This document shows positions 26,601 through 37,894 of a stretch of 64,000 nucleotides of DNA, one piece after another. Below the pieces are notes generated by a model. It did not search any database and had not been told where the DNA came from. It saw only the letters and a list, made by a program, of their open reading frames with translations. Position numbers and translations under genes: made by a program. The DNA lies in NCBI GenBank assembly GCA_950097015.1, contig CATNEN010000003.1, forward strand, positions 11,842,001 through 11,906,000, given 5' to 3'. Source of the stretch: Macrostomum hystrix. Its lineage: Eukaryota > Animalia > Platyhelminthes. Positions within the stretch are counted from its first letter, which is position 1; each line of letters starts with the position of its first letter.

Positions 26601-28935
26601 CTGCAGTCACTTGTTAGATATGTGTTAGATACTGCAGTCACTTGTTAGATATGTGTTAGATACTGAATGCAGCAGCTGTTAGACACTAAATTCACCTGTT
26701 AGACATCCGTTAGACACTGAAGTCACCTGTTAGATATGTGTTAGATACTGCAGTCACTTGTTAGATATGTGTTAGATACTGAATGCAGCAGCTGTTAGAC
26801 ACTAAATTCACCTGTTAGACATCCGTTAGACACTAAAGTCACCTGTTAGACATCCGTTAGACACTGAAGTCACCTGTTAGATATGTGTTAGATACTGCAG
26901 TCACTTGTTAGATATGTGTTAGATACTGAATGCAGCAGCTGTTAGACACTAAATTCACCTGTTAGACATCCGTTAGACACTGAAGTCACCTGTTAGATAT
27001 GTGTTAGATACTGCAGTCACTTGTTAGATATGTGTTAGATACTGAATGCAGCAGCTGTTAGACACTAAATTCACCTGTTAGACATCCGTTAGACACTAAA
27101 GTCACCTGTTAGACATCCGTTAGACACTGAAGTCACCTGTTAGATATGTGTTAGATACTGCAGTCACTTGTTATATATGTGTTAGATACTGAATGCAGCA
27201 GCTGTTAGACACTAAATTCACCTGTTAGACATCCGTTAGACACTAAAGTCACCTGTTAGACATCCGTTAGACACTGAAGTCACCTGTTAGATATGTGTTA
27301 GATACTGAAGTCACTTGTTAGATATGTGTTAGATACTGAATGCAGCAGCTGTTAGACACTAAATTCACCTGTTAGATTGGTGTTAGACACTGAAGTCACC
27401 TGTTAGATAGGTGTTAGACACTTAAGTCACCAGTATAATGTGTGTTTGATACAAAAGTCACCTGTTAGATATGTGTTAGACACTGAAGTCACCTGTTAGA
27501 TATGTGTTTGATACTGAATGCAGCAGCTGTTAGACACTAAAGTCAACTGTTAGATCATTAAGCCTTATTCTGAATTTTAGCTGTTAGATACGTTTTAGAA
27601 GTCAACATGTTAGACACTGCTCAGAACTACTCATTCCATCATTGACACTGCAGTGCGGGTTTCCCGACTCCGCTGCCAACGCAGCGCCGTTGCCGCTTCG
27701 TGGCCGGGCAGAATTTGGCACGCTCGGCTCGCCAGGACCTGACAGCGGCAAGGGCGGCAGCAGCATCGACGGCGGAGGCTGCGGCTATCAGGGTGAGACC
27801 GGTGACTCAGACGGCATTGGCGCTGCAGCATCTCCGAAATGCGATCCCTGGGCACCGACTGACACATGCACCCGCTGTCTCATCTCTCCCGTGTCTCATC
27901 TCTCCCGTGTCTCATCTCTCCCGTGTCTCATCTCTCCCGTGCCTCATCTCCCCAGTGTCTCATCTCTCCCGTGTCTCATCTCTCCCGTGTCTCATCTCTC
28001 CCGTATCTCATCTCTCCCGTGTCTCATCTCTCCCGTGCCTCATCTCTCCCGTGTCTCATCTCTCCCGTGTCTCATCTCTCCCGTGTCTCATCTCTGCCCT
28101 CTCTCATCTCTCCCCTCTCTTATCTCTCCCGTGTCTCGTCTCTCCCGTGTCTCATCTCTCCCGTGTCTCATCTCTCCCGTGTCTCATCTCTGCCCTCTCT
28201 CATCTCTCCCCTCTCTTATCTCTCCCGTGTCTCATCTCTCCCGTGTCTCATCTCTCCCGTGTCTCATCTCTCCCGTGCCTCATCTCTCCCGTGTCTCATC
28301 TCTCCCGTGTCTCATCTCTCCCGTGTCTCATCTCTGCCCTCTCTCATCTCTCCCCTTTCTTATCTCTCCCGTGTCTCATCTCTCCACTGTCTCATCTCTC
28401 CCCCTGTATAATCATTCTTCCCTGTCTCATCTCTCCCGTATCTCATATCTTACCTGTGTCTCAAAGTTAAGTGCTAAGTACGAGTATTAAGATATAAAAT
28501 GACTGAAATTTTTGTTACAATAATCAATCTTATTTTTCAGTGGCAACGCTGGCCAACTTTGATAAAATATACATCCAGCAGCAACAGCAGCAGCCACAGA
28601 CGCATCAAAACAGGTCCAGGCAACGCTATCAGCAGCAGCAACTGCAGCAGCAGCAGCAGCAGCAGTACACGACTCTATTACCAGCTTCATCCCACCAGCA
28701 ACAGCAGACTCGCAATCTTCCGCAGTACTATGAGATTGTGCATGGCCCTGAGCACGATTCGTTAGCAACTGCTGCGACTGAGAACGAAATGAGCAGTCCT
28801 GTAGGAAGGACTTATTCAGTCCCACAACAACAGCAACCGCAGCAGCAGCAGCAGCAGCAGCAGCAGCACATCAGTGCCACAATGTCTCGCGGTTCCGCAC
28901 CTAGGCCTGTGTTTCAGGCCAGTTCGTTTGTTTGA
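16334..28935 (+). CDS. Delta-type protocadherin (7 cadherin repeats); exons 16334-18418, 19131-19710, 24286-24377, 27654-27792, 28541-28935
   Basis: Signal peptide; DRE and DxND motifs (DINDN, DVNDH, DVNDS, DVNDE, DENDS, DRNDN); Cys pair in EC1; [25 protein letters not shown]; intron phases 0,1,0,1 are consistent; DSGKG motif; ends SSFV*. Confidence 0.88.
18500..19035. mobile_element. Nested SINE family B: plus copy (~18610-18950) inside a minus copy
   Basis: The minus copy is split; AGGGGTTGG occurs at 18601 and 18951. Confidence 0.75.
19780..20320. repeat. 20-bp minisatellite CAGGTCAGTTCA(C/G)GATGGGT
   Basis: Tandem; starts ~70 nt after the donor at 19711. Confidence 0.95.
20977..21053. 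repeat. (TATC)n microsatellite
   Basis: Read directly. Confidence 0.95.
21790..23350. repeat. Two blocks (21790-22215, 22540-23350) of a TATC-derived 24-bp unit TATCAATCGATCTATCTATCTATT
   Basis: Tandem; both blocks share the variant TACGCTCGTATT. Confidence 0.9.
23656..23693. repeat. (CAG)n tract
   Basis: Read directly. Confidence 0.9.
24392..25760 (+). repeat. TCTAACAGG-core arrays: 20-bp GTGTCTAACAGGTACAGATT, then 21-bp GTCTAACAGGATGCAGTCTCT
   Basis: Tandem; starts ~15 nt after the donor at 24378. Confidence 0.95.
26405..27620 (-). repeat. Inverted-orientation array with core GTCACCTGTTAGA and higher-order structure
   Basis: Tandem; ends ~35 nt before the acceptor at 27653. Confidence 0.95.
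27875..28462. repeat. 16-bp minisatellite CATCTCTCCCGTGTCT
   Basis: Same unit as 35195-37175. Confidence 0.95.
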
Positions 28936-29374
28936 AAATGTGCAACAATTTTTTTATTGGACTTTTAAATAGTTGAATCTAATTGTTTTCGTAAATAATG
29001 TGTTTTTGATTTTGTAAATTTGGTTCATATATTTATTTACTTTTGATTTTCCACGAGTTACATTTAAATAACATTCAAACATAAGAAATGTCGACTGCAA
29101 TTTTCTTAGTAAAATGCTTAACTTTTTCATAACGCGTGTTGTTACCATTTTGGCACTAATTTAAATTTTCTGCAAATTACAAAGTACTGCCGAGAAAAAA
29201 AACTGCGAATGAACTAACCATTTGTCTTTTTATTGTTGTCAAGAAAGGAATAATCTTATCAAAATCAGAAGCTATTCTATGTTTATTACTTACATTTAAT
29301 GCATATAAATCTGATTTTAACTTATGTTAAGCACCAAAATCAACAAGGATTTCCATCTTACCCATTTATACCCT

Positions 29375-30418
29375 TAGCAATCAGGATCTCCCATAGATTA
29401 TTTCTTAGCAATCAGGATCTCCCATAGATTATTTCTTAGCAATCAGGATCTCCCATAGATTATTTCTTAGCAATCAGGATCTCCCATAGATTATTTCTTA
29501 GCAATCAGGATCTCCCATAGATTATATATTAGCAATCAGGATCTCCCATAGATTATTTGTCAGCAATCAGGATTTCCCATAGATTATTTGTCAGCATTCA
29601 GGATTTCCCATAGAGTATTTGTCAGCATTCAGGATTTCCCATAGATTATTTGTCAGCAATCAGGATCTCCCATAGATTATTTGTCAGCAATCAAGATCTC
29701 CCATACATTATTTGTCAGCATTCAGGATTTCCCATAGATTATTTGTCAGCAATCAGGATTTCCCATAGATTATTTGTCAGCAATCTGGATTTCCCATAGA
29801 TTATTTGTCAGTATTCAGGATTTCCCATAGATTATTTGTCAGAAATCAGGATTTCCCATAGATTATTTGTCAGCAATCAGGATTTCCCATAGATTATTTG
29901 TCAGCAATCAGGATTTCCCATAGATTGTTTGTCAGAAATCAGGATTTCCCATGGATTATTCGTCAGCAATCAGGATATCCCATAGATTATTTGTCAGCAA
30001 TCAGGATTTCCCATAGATTATTTGTCAGCAATCAGGATTTCCCATAGATTATTTGTCAGCAATCAGGATTTCCCATAGATTATTTGTCAGCAATCTGGAT
30101 TTCCCATAGATTATTTGTCAGTATTCAGGATTTCCCATAGATTATTTGTCAGAAATCAGGATTTCCCATAGATTATTTGTCAGCAATCAGGATTTCCCAT
30201 AGATTATTTGTCAGCAATCAGGATTTCCCATAGATTGTTTGTCAGAAATCAGGATTTCCCATGGATTATTCGTCAGCAATCAGGATATCCCATAGATTAT
30301 TTGTCAGCAATCAGGATTTCCCATAGATTATTTGTCAGCATTCAGGATTTCCCATAGATTATTTGTCAGCAATCAGGATTTCCCATAGATTATTTGTCAG
30401 CAATCAGGATTTCCCATG
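29375..30418. repeat. 31-bp minisatellite AGCAATCAGGATTTCCCATAGATTATTTGTC
   Basis: Tandem; variant pattern repeats at 310-bp spacing (29781 vs 30091). Confidence 0.95.
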
Positions 30419-31142
30419 GTTTATCTAACGATAACGCTGTGTCTAACGAAAAATCTACTTGAGCATTGCTGGAGCCAAATCAACCGGATTGAAGAGAAGC
30501 AATTAGAAATGAAAGCAAAGTTGACTACAACGGAAATGAAAAAAAGCAGTGCTTTCAAGCACTTGACAACACCTGCAACAGGTGCTATTGCTCATTAGTT
30601 AGCAATTATGCGACTCCTAGCAAACGCATACATTTTGCAAGAATTTTTCTTTTCTGTTCCAAAAACTGCGCACGTATTTGGTCTCTTGTTATCGCACAAT
30701 GATTTTTTTCAAAGAACCAGTCAAGTTTTGAGGTTTAGAGTGAGTTTTTTTCTATTTGCAGTCAAGCCTGCTGGCTGTGCCTCCTCTGATCTCTTTAGAT
30801 TGGCGGGAGAAATGGGGAAATAATGGAATGGGATAGAGAATCAATGTTGGCTAGAGCTCACATTGGAAAGGGTTGCTGAGTACAAATAAGCAGCTGGATA
30901 AATGAAACGAAACAAGCAAAGCCTGAGAAGCAGCAATAAAAAAATGCCACTCGGCACGTTTTACTTGACTTTGTTTTATCAGGCGCAAGTTGAGTATGGA
31001 CTCGGTGTGAGCTAGTGGGCGCGTGCTCAGATGAGAACTGTTTGCATTGCTCGATCAACAGTTGGTATAGCGACCTGGGCTCGTTATGGGATAAAGCTAA
31101 TTGACTTACAATTATGTTCAAATAGGACTAGGATACTAGGAT

Positions 31143-31153
31143 ATCTATCTACC

Positions 31154-31204
<51 letters not shown>

Positions 31205-31205
31205 G

Positions 31206-31236
<31 letters not shown>

Positions 31237-31237
31237 G

Positions 31238-31268
<31 letters not shown>

Positions 31269-31269
31269 G

Positions 31270-31315
<46 letters not shown>

Positions 31316-31316
31316 G

Positions 31317-31401
<85 letters not shown>

Positions 31402-31480
31402 CATCTTTCCATCTACCAATCTATCTATTTATCAATCAATCTATCTATCTATCTATCTATCTATCTATGTATGTATTTAT
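31143..31480. repeat. (TATC)n microsatellite
   Basis: Read directly. Confidence 0.95.
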
Positions 31481-31715
31481 CTATTATTTATGCCAGACTC
31501 AAAGACTCAAAGGGCCACATCCAAGCTACACTTCAGAAGCTCTCAATTAAGGGATTTTCACAGCTCTGGTAGTTCAGGCCTACTAGAAGCAGCAAAAACA
31601 CTTGAATCAGCGCTCCCATTGTTAATGTTGCCCATTGTGAAATGTGTGGGTATAAGTTTCACACTGATTGATTGCTTTCCGTGCGGCTTTGGTTGAGTCT
31701 GACTTGCTCAGAGTC

Positions 31716-31752
<37 letters not shown>

Positions 31753-32289
31753 AGGAAGTTGGTAAGAAGTGTTAAGCGCAAGAAAAGATTCTAGCAGCAA
31801 AAAATTCCTCACTCCAAATTACTCACTGGCTGCTTTTGAAATGTCAGAGAAAAAATTAAGTCGAAAAAATCAGGTTTGCTCACTCATTAATCAGACTTGA
31901 CACTAATACGATTGGTAATATGAAAAAACGAAGATAAAAAATGAGTGGACAGATGAATATTATGTACAATGCCTACTTCCTATGCACCTTCTATTGTAGT
32001 GGAACACTTTGAAGTTCAATTAATAGCTTACTTGGAAGGTGTGAAATATACTTTGGTTGGTAGAAGAAAAAATTTCTCCCCCTCTTTGGAAAGAAATTGA
32101 AGACTTGAAAGACGATATTGAACTCACTATTGAGCAGACGGTCTGTGAGTGACACGTGGAAGGTAATCTTGAGAGTTTGAAAATGATTAACACAGCCTCA
32201 GCCGATGAAGACTAAGTGGTAGAGAGACTGACCTGTGTCACCCTGGCATAGGGGCTTGATGTGGGACTAGCATTATTAATTTGACTTTC

Positions 32290-32580
32290 ACTGTCTCTTT
32301 CTCCCTCTCTCCCTCTCTTTACCTCTTTACCTCTCTCCCTCTCTCCCTCTCTCTCCCTCCTTCTCCCCCTCTCTCCCTCCCTCTCCCCCTCTCTCCCTCC
32401 CTCTCCTTCTCTCTCCCTCCCTCTCCTTCTCTCTCCCTCCCTCTCCCCTCTCTCTGTCTCCCTTTCTCTCAATCTTTCTCTCCCCATATTCTCCCCTCTC
32501 CCCTTGTCTCAGTCTCTCTCCACCTTCTCATTCCCCCACCTCCCGTCTCTCTCCCCTTCTCTCTCACACTCCCATTCTCA
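32290..32580. repeat. CT-rich polypyrimidine low-complexity tract
   Basis: Read directly. Confidence 0.85.
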
Positions 32581-32892
32581 ATTCCTGACTCAAGGAAGTA
32601 TTACTTTAGCTTTCAGAGCAAACAGTTCGAGTCAACAAAAAGACGGAGAGGCTTCATTGGATCATATTGGAGAGTAAAAAATGATGAGATATATTCACAG
32701 ACTCATATCATAGTAATATCAAGGAATCTTGAAGCCACTGATATTGCTGCCAATAGAATCATTCAAATTCACAAGCTCATATAGAAAATCTGAATGTAGA
32801 GCAACAATTCCAATTATTGTCCCCCATTGCTTCAGAAAAGGAGTAAAAAAGAAATTCATATACTTTAGCAGCAGCAGCAGCAGAAGCAGAAG

Positions 32893-33918
32893 TTGCTGGC
32901 GCCGAGTCAGCCAGGAACTCGACAGAGATGGCCTGCTCGACAGCCTCCCCAGGGAGGACGCCAATGTGCCTCTCCCACCCTGGGAGCCCAGAGCCGACAT
33001 CACCCTCGACCTCAGCCTTGCGCAACTTTGCAGTCGAAACCAACCACCAAGCCTTCGCAGCGCAGCAGCGACGGAGTACCTGGCAGAACGCGGCTCCTTC
33101 CAGAACTCAGCCTGGACGGACGGCTCGGTCCGGGGCGGAACTGCCAACGGAACCAGTGCGGCCATCGTCACCACGCCGCGCTGGGGCCGGGTGGTCACCG
33201 ACGCGGCAGGAACCATCTGCAGTAGCACGCAGGCCGAACTTCAGGCCATCCTGCTCGCCCTCCGGACCTTTATCGACACGAGCCCCGGACGCGAGCCCTC
33301 GCCTATCGACATCTTCACGGACTCTCAGGCGGCCATCCTCTCCAAAGCGAGGGGCCCCTGCTCTGGAGAACCCACGCTATCGGAAATCTGGACTACCGCC
33401 AGCCAGCTCGGGTCCTGCATCCGGCTGACCTGGGTCCCAGCCAACTGCGGCATCGAGCTCAACGAACGGGCTGACCGGGCCGCTAACCTCTGTACGGCCC
33501 ATCAGCGCGCCCGGGCGATCACCCTGTCGGCCGCCAACGCCCACCTTCGTTGGCTCAGAGCTCAACGAGACCTCGACTTCCGCCGCGGCACTTCGTGGCC
33601 TCGCCTTCCGGCGCTCCCGAGGAAGCACGAGGTCCTCATCAACCAACTGCGCGCGGGTTGCAGCGTCCTCGCAGCAGCCACGCGCCACCGTCTCGGACTG
33701 TCCGAGGACCCCGAGTGCCCGGACTGCGGGAACCCGGACACCGAGCAGCACATCCTCCGCACGTGCCCCAGAGGCGACTCGGCTCGGCCTAGTGATGGAG
33801 CCGACATCCTCACGGACACGGTGGCGGTGCTGCATCTCCTTCGCAGACTGGGGCGTCTCTGACGTCCCCGCCCCTCGCAGTTCGCTGACTTTGGGGCGCG
33901 CGGTGCAGAGAGAGAGAG
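32893..33918 (+). mobile_element. 5'-truncated non-LTR retrotransposon (I group, possibly Ingi-like): RNase H plus CCHC knuckle, (GA)n tail
   Basis: AWTDGS, QAELQA, FTDSQ, WVPANCG and NERAD RNase H motifs; CPDC...H...C knuckle; stop at 33862; AGAAGCAGAAG on both flanks. Confidence 0.88.
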
Positions 33919-33955
33919 AAGCAGAAGCAGCAGCAGCAGCAGCAGCAGAAGCAGA

Positions 33956-33989
<34 letters not shown>

Positions 33990-33998
33990 GCAGAAGCA

Positions 33999-34029
<31 letters not shown>

Positions 34030-34096
34030 AAGCAGCAGCAGCGGCAGCAGCAGCAGCAGCAGCAGAAGCAGCAACATCATCAGCAGCAGCAGCAGA

Positions 34097-34127
<31 letters not shown>

Positions 34128-34200
34128 GCAGAAGTAGCAGCAGAAGCAGCAGCAGCAGCAGCAGCAGAAGTAGCAGCAGAAGCAGCAGCAGCAGCAGCAG
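33919..34200. repeat. (GCA)n/(GAA) interrupted trinucleotide tract
   Basis: Read directly; continues at 32868-32892 on the other side of the LINE. Confidence 0.95.
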
Positions 34201-34214
34201 AGGTAACAACAACA

Positions 34215-34304
34215 GGGGGTTAGGAGACCACGTCCACGACGTGCCCCCGGACCCAGCGGTCATGCCACGACACCGGCCACCGCTGGGAGTGACTAAGAGT
34301 CTCC
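34215..34304 (+). ncRNA. HDV-like self-cleaving ribozyme
   Basis: P1 GGGGGU/GCCCCC; P2 GGAGAC/GUCUCC; P3 ACG/CGU; L3 UCCACGA; P1.1 CC/GG; P4 CCCAGCGGU/ACCGCUGGG; J4/2 ...GACUAA with C34293. Confidence 0.8.
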
Positions 34305-34407
34305 CCTTCCAGCCAGGACACGCAGACCCTGCGTGCCCTGGGGCGCCATTAGGCGCCCGCCCCCAGCTGCAGCAGCAGCGTTGAGGGCGCTGGCAAGAAG
34401 AAGAAGA
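34215..34407 (+). mobile_element. Short non-autonomous retroelement with ribozyme head and (AAG)n tail
   Basis: TSD AGAGGT(A/G)ACAACA at 34199-34211 and 34408-34420; 3' end resembles the end of the neighbouring LINE. Confidence 0.8.
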
Positions 34408-35194
34408 AGAGGTGACAACACGCAAAAATCAGTGTGGCCATTGTGAAACTCCCATGACAGTTCATTATTTCCGATAATTTAATAAATTATCCCATGGCTC
34501 CCACTAGGCTCTATTGCTCTGTATTTTTTATATTGTTGTGCAGCGTAATATTTTTATATTTGAGTGTTGAGTAATTCAAATCATGGACTGAGCTGCGGGA
34601 CAGTTGTTACATGCACATATATATAGGCTGCTATGAAAGCAGATTTCTTGTGTGACATAAAAAACCCGCCTTACCAATGTATGATATAAGAATTATAGGA
34701 CAGAAAATATAGAGAAATAATGAGGGTTAGGAAACAGAAACGCCACTTGTCCGCATATCCTCCCTGTTATTCAATCTATTCTTTAACTTCTGCAATAAGG
34801 CGCTTGTCAGCCTTCTTCCTTCCTTCCTTCCTTCCGTGTTTTGCCAGTTTCCTTATTGGCTTATCCCAAAAGCGACCCTCCCGGAAAGCCTTTCAGCGTG
34901 AACTGAGGATATAAGTATATTGAGTCTTGCAATATTTACGATATTAGTTTTAACATTTTTTACAAGATAATAATAGGCTTTTTGGAGTCAGCTATACTTT
35001 CAGAAATATTGTTTAGCTTGCTCATTTAAGCTTAGCCATATAAAGTTGTATACACTGACTGGCTATCCCATATTAACAATTTGCAGATGGGTCCATTCTC
35101 ATGCACAAAGCTTGTTTGTCAACATATGTGCTTAATCTAGAAAATAATTACGAGAAACTACCTTACTAGTATTATCATTTAGGAGAATACTAGT

Positions 35195-37175
35195 CTCCAG
35201 TGTCCCATCTCTCCCGTGTCTCATCTCTCCCGTGTCCCATCTCTCCCATGTCCCATCTCTCCCATGTCCCATCTCTCCTGTGTCTCATCTCTCCCGTGTC
35301 TCATCTCTCCCGTGTCTCATCTCTCCCGTGTCTCATCTCTCCCGTGTCTCATCTCTCCCGTGTCTCATCTCTCCCGTGTCTCATCTCTCCCGTGTCTCAT
35401 CTCTCCCCTGTCTCATCTCTCCCGTGTCTCATCTCTCCCGTGTCTCATCTCTCCCGTGTCTCATCTCTCCCGTGTCTCATCTCTCCCGTGTCTCATCTCT
35501 CCCGTGTCTCATCTCTCCCGTGTCCCATCTCTCCCGTGTCCCATCTCTCCCGTGTCTCATCTCTCCCGTGTCTCATCTCTCCCGTGTCTCATCTCTCCCG
35601 TGTCTCATCTCTCCCGTGTCTCATCTCTCCCGTGTCTCATCTCTCCCGTGTCTCATCTCTCCCGTGTCTCATCTCTCCCGTGTCTCATCTCTCCCGTGTC
35701 TCATCTCTCCCGTGTCCCATCTCTCCCGTGTCCCATCTCTCCCGTGTCTCATCTCTCCCGTGTCTCATCTCTCCCGTGTCTCATCTCTCCCGTGTCTCAT
35801 CTCTCCCGTGTCTCATCTCTCCCGTGTCTCATCTCTCCCGTGTCTCATCTCTCCCGTGTCTCATCTCTCCCGTGTCTCATCTCTCCCCTGTCTCATCTCT
35901 CCCGTGTCCCATCTCTCCCGTGTCTCATCTCTCCCGTGTCTCATCTCTCCCGTGTTTCATCCCTCCCGTGTCTCATCTCTCCCGTGTCTCATCTCTCCCG
36001 TGTCTCATCTCTCCCGTGACTCATCTCTCCCGTGTCTCATCTCTCCCGTGTCTCATCTCTCCCGTGTCTCATCTCTCCCGTGTCCCATCTCTCCCGTGTC
36101 CCATCTCTCCCGTGTCTCATCTCTCCCGTGTCTCATCTCTCCCGTGTCTCATCTCTCCCGTGTCTCATCTCTCCCGTGTCTCATCTCTCCCGTGTCTCAT
36201 CTCTCCCGTGTCTCATCTCTCCCGTGCCTCATCTCTCCCGTGTCTCATCTCTCCCGTGTCCCATCTCTCCCGTGTCTCATCTCTCCCGTGTCTCATCTCT
36301 CCCGTGTCTCATCTCTCCCGTGTCTCATCTCTCCCGTGTCTCATCTCTCCCGTATCTCATCTCTCCCGTGTCTCATCTCTGCCCTCTCTCATCTCTCCCG
36401 TGTCTCATCTCTCCCGTGTCTCATCTCTCCCGTGTCTCATCTCTCCCGTGTCTCATCTCTCCCGTGTCTCATCTCTCCCGTGTCTCATCTCTGCCCTCTC
36501 TCATCTCTCCCGTGTCTCATCTCTCCCGTGTCTCATCTCTCCCGTGTCTCATCTCTCCCGTGTCTCATCTCTCCCGTGTCTCATCTCGCCCGTGTCTCAT
36601 CTCTCCCGTGTCTCATCTCTCCCGTGTCTCATCTCTCCCGTGTCCCATCTCTCCCGTGTCTCATCTCTCCCGTGTCTCATCTCTCCCGTGTCTCATCTCT
36701 CCTGTGTCTCATCTATCGCGTGTCTCATCTCTCCCGTGTCTCATCTCTCCCGTGTCTCATCTCTCCCGTGTCTCATCTCTCCCGTGTTTCATCTCTCCCG
36801 TGTCTCATCTCTCCCGTGTCTCATCTCTCCCGTGTCTCATCTCTCCCGTGTCTCATCTCTCCCGTATCTCATCTCTCCCGTATCTCATCTCTCCCGTGTC
36901 TCATCTCTCCCGTGTCTCATCTCTCCCGTGTCTCATCTCTCCCGTGTCTCATCTCTCCCGTGTCTCATCTCTCCCGTGTCTCATCTCATCTCTCCCGTGT
37001 CTCATCTCTCCCGTGTCTCATCTCTCCCGTGTCTCATCTCTCCCGTGTCTCATCTCTCCCGTGTCTCATCTCTCCCGTGTCTCATCTCTCCCGTGTCTCA
37101 TCTCTCCCGTGTCTCATCTCTCCCGTGTCTCATCTCTCCCGTGTCTCATCTCTCCCGTGTCTCATCTCCCCAGTG
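35195..37175. repeat. 16-bp minisatellite CATCTCTCCCGTGTCT, ~2 kb
   Basis: Highly homogeneous tandem array. Confidence 0.97.
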
Positions 37176-37894
37176 TGTTTTCTTTCCTGTATTTCACACA
37201 TTTTTTGTCTTATCCAAAAATTGATCCAATATATTATCGCTTTTTAAGGAAAGCTTTTTTCAAAATTAAAGTAAACCAACTGTGTTAAAAAGTTTTTGTT
37301 ACCTGTAATAAGTAATATTATAAACCAGTGCAGGTGCTATATCTATTACATCGGAGGTAAAATCCCAAATCACCAACTGGCCGTCGAACACTCGGCCCCC
37401 TTTTTAGCCTCTTTAATTGGATTCGATCGGAAAATTTCTTGAGCGCAAGTGAAGCGTTGAGAAAATCTAAGAAAAAGAGAGATTTCTTTAACTGAGAGCA
37501 CAGGTATAGTAGTGTGCTCACTCTGACTGAGTTAATTAAGTTTTACGCTCAACTCTCAGCACACCTGAAAATAATTCTCCACTATTTCTCTCTCCTCATC
37601 TCCTCTCAGCCTGACAGTGTCACATGAGTTCACTCTATAGGTAAAGTACTCAATCTTGTTTTTGCTTTTCAAGGAATTCTTGTAATAGATCTTAGCAGAA
37701 TTCACTGTCAGAAAACTCTTAAACAGGCATCGTATATCTTCTTGACAGGTGATTCCAAGCTACGTTAATGTGTTTGGAAAAATTCTATATAGAAACTATC
37801 CATTCATTGACACCTGTCTTTTGCTTTTTAAAGGATTAATTGATTTTTAGGAAACTCTAATATTTACTAAAGTACTCGCAAATTGAGAATATCA

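Noticed and set aside
24392-30418. Regular arrays as CRISPR
   Set aside because: No unique spacers; pure tandem repeats
33562-34425. Poly-Leu and poly-Ala ORFs
   Set aside because: Translations of the (GCA)n tract
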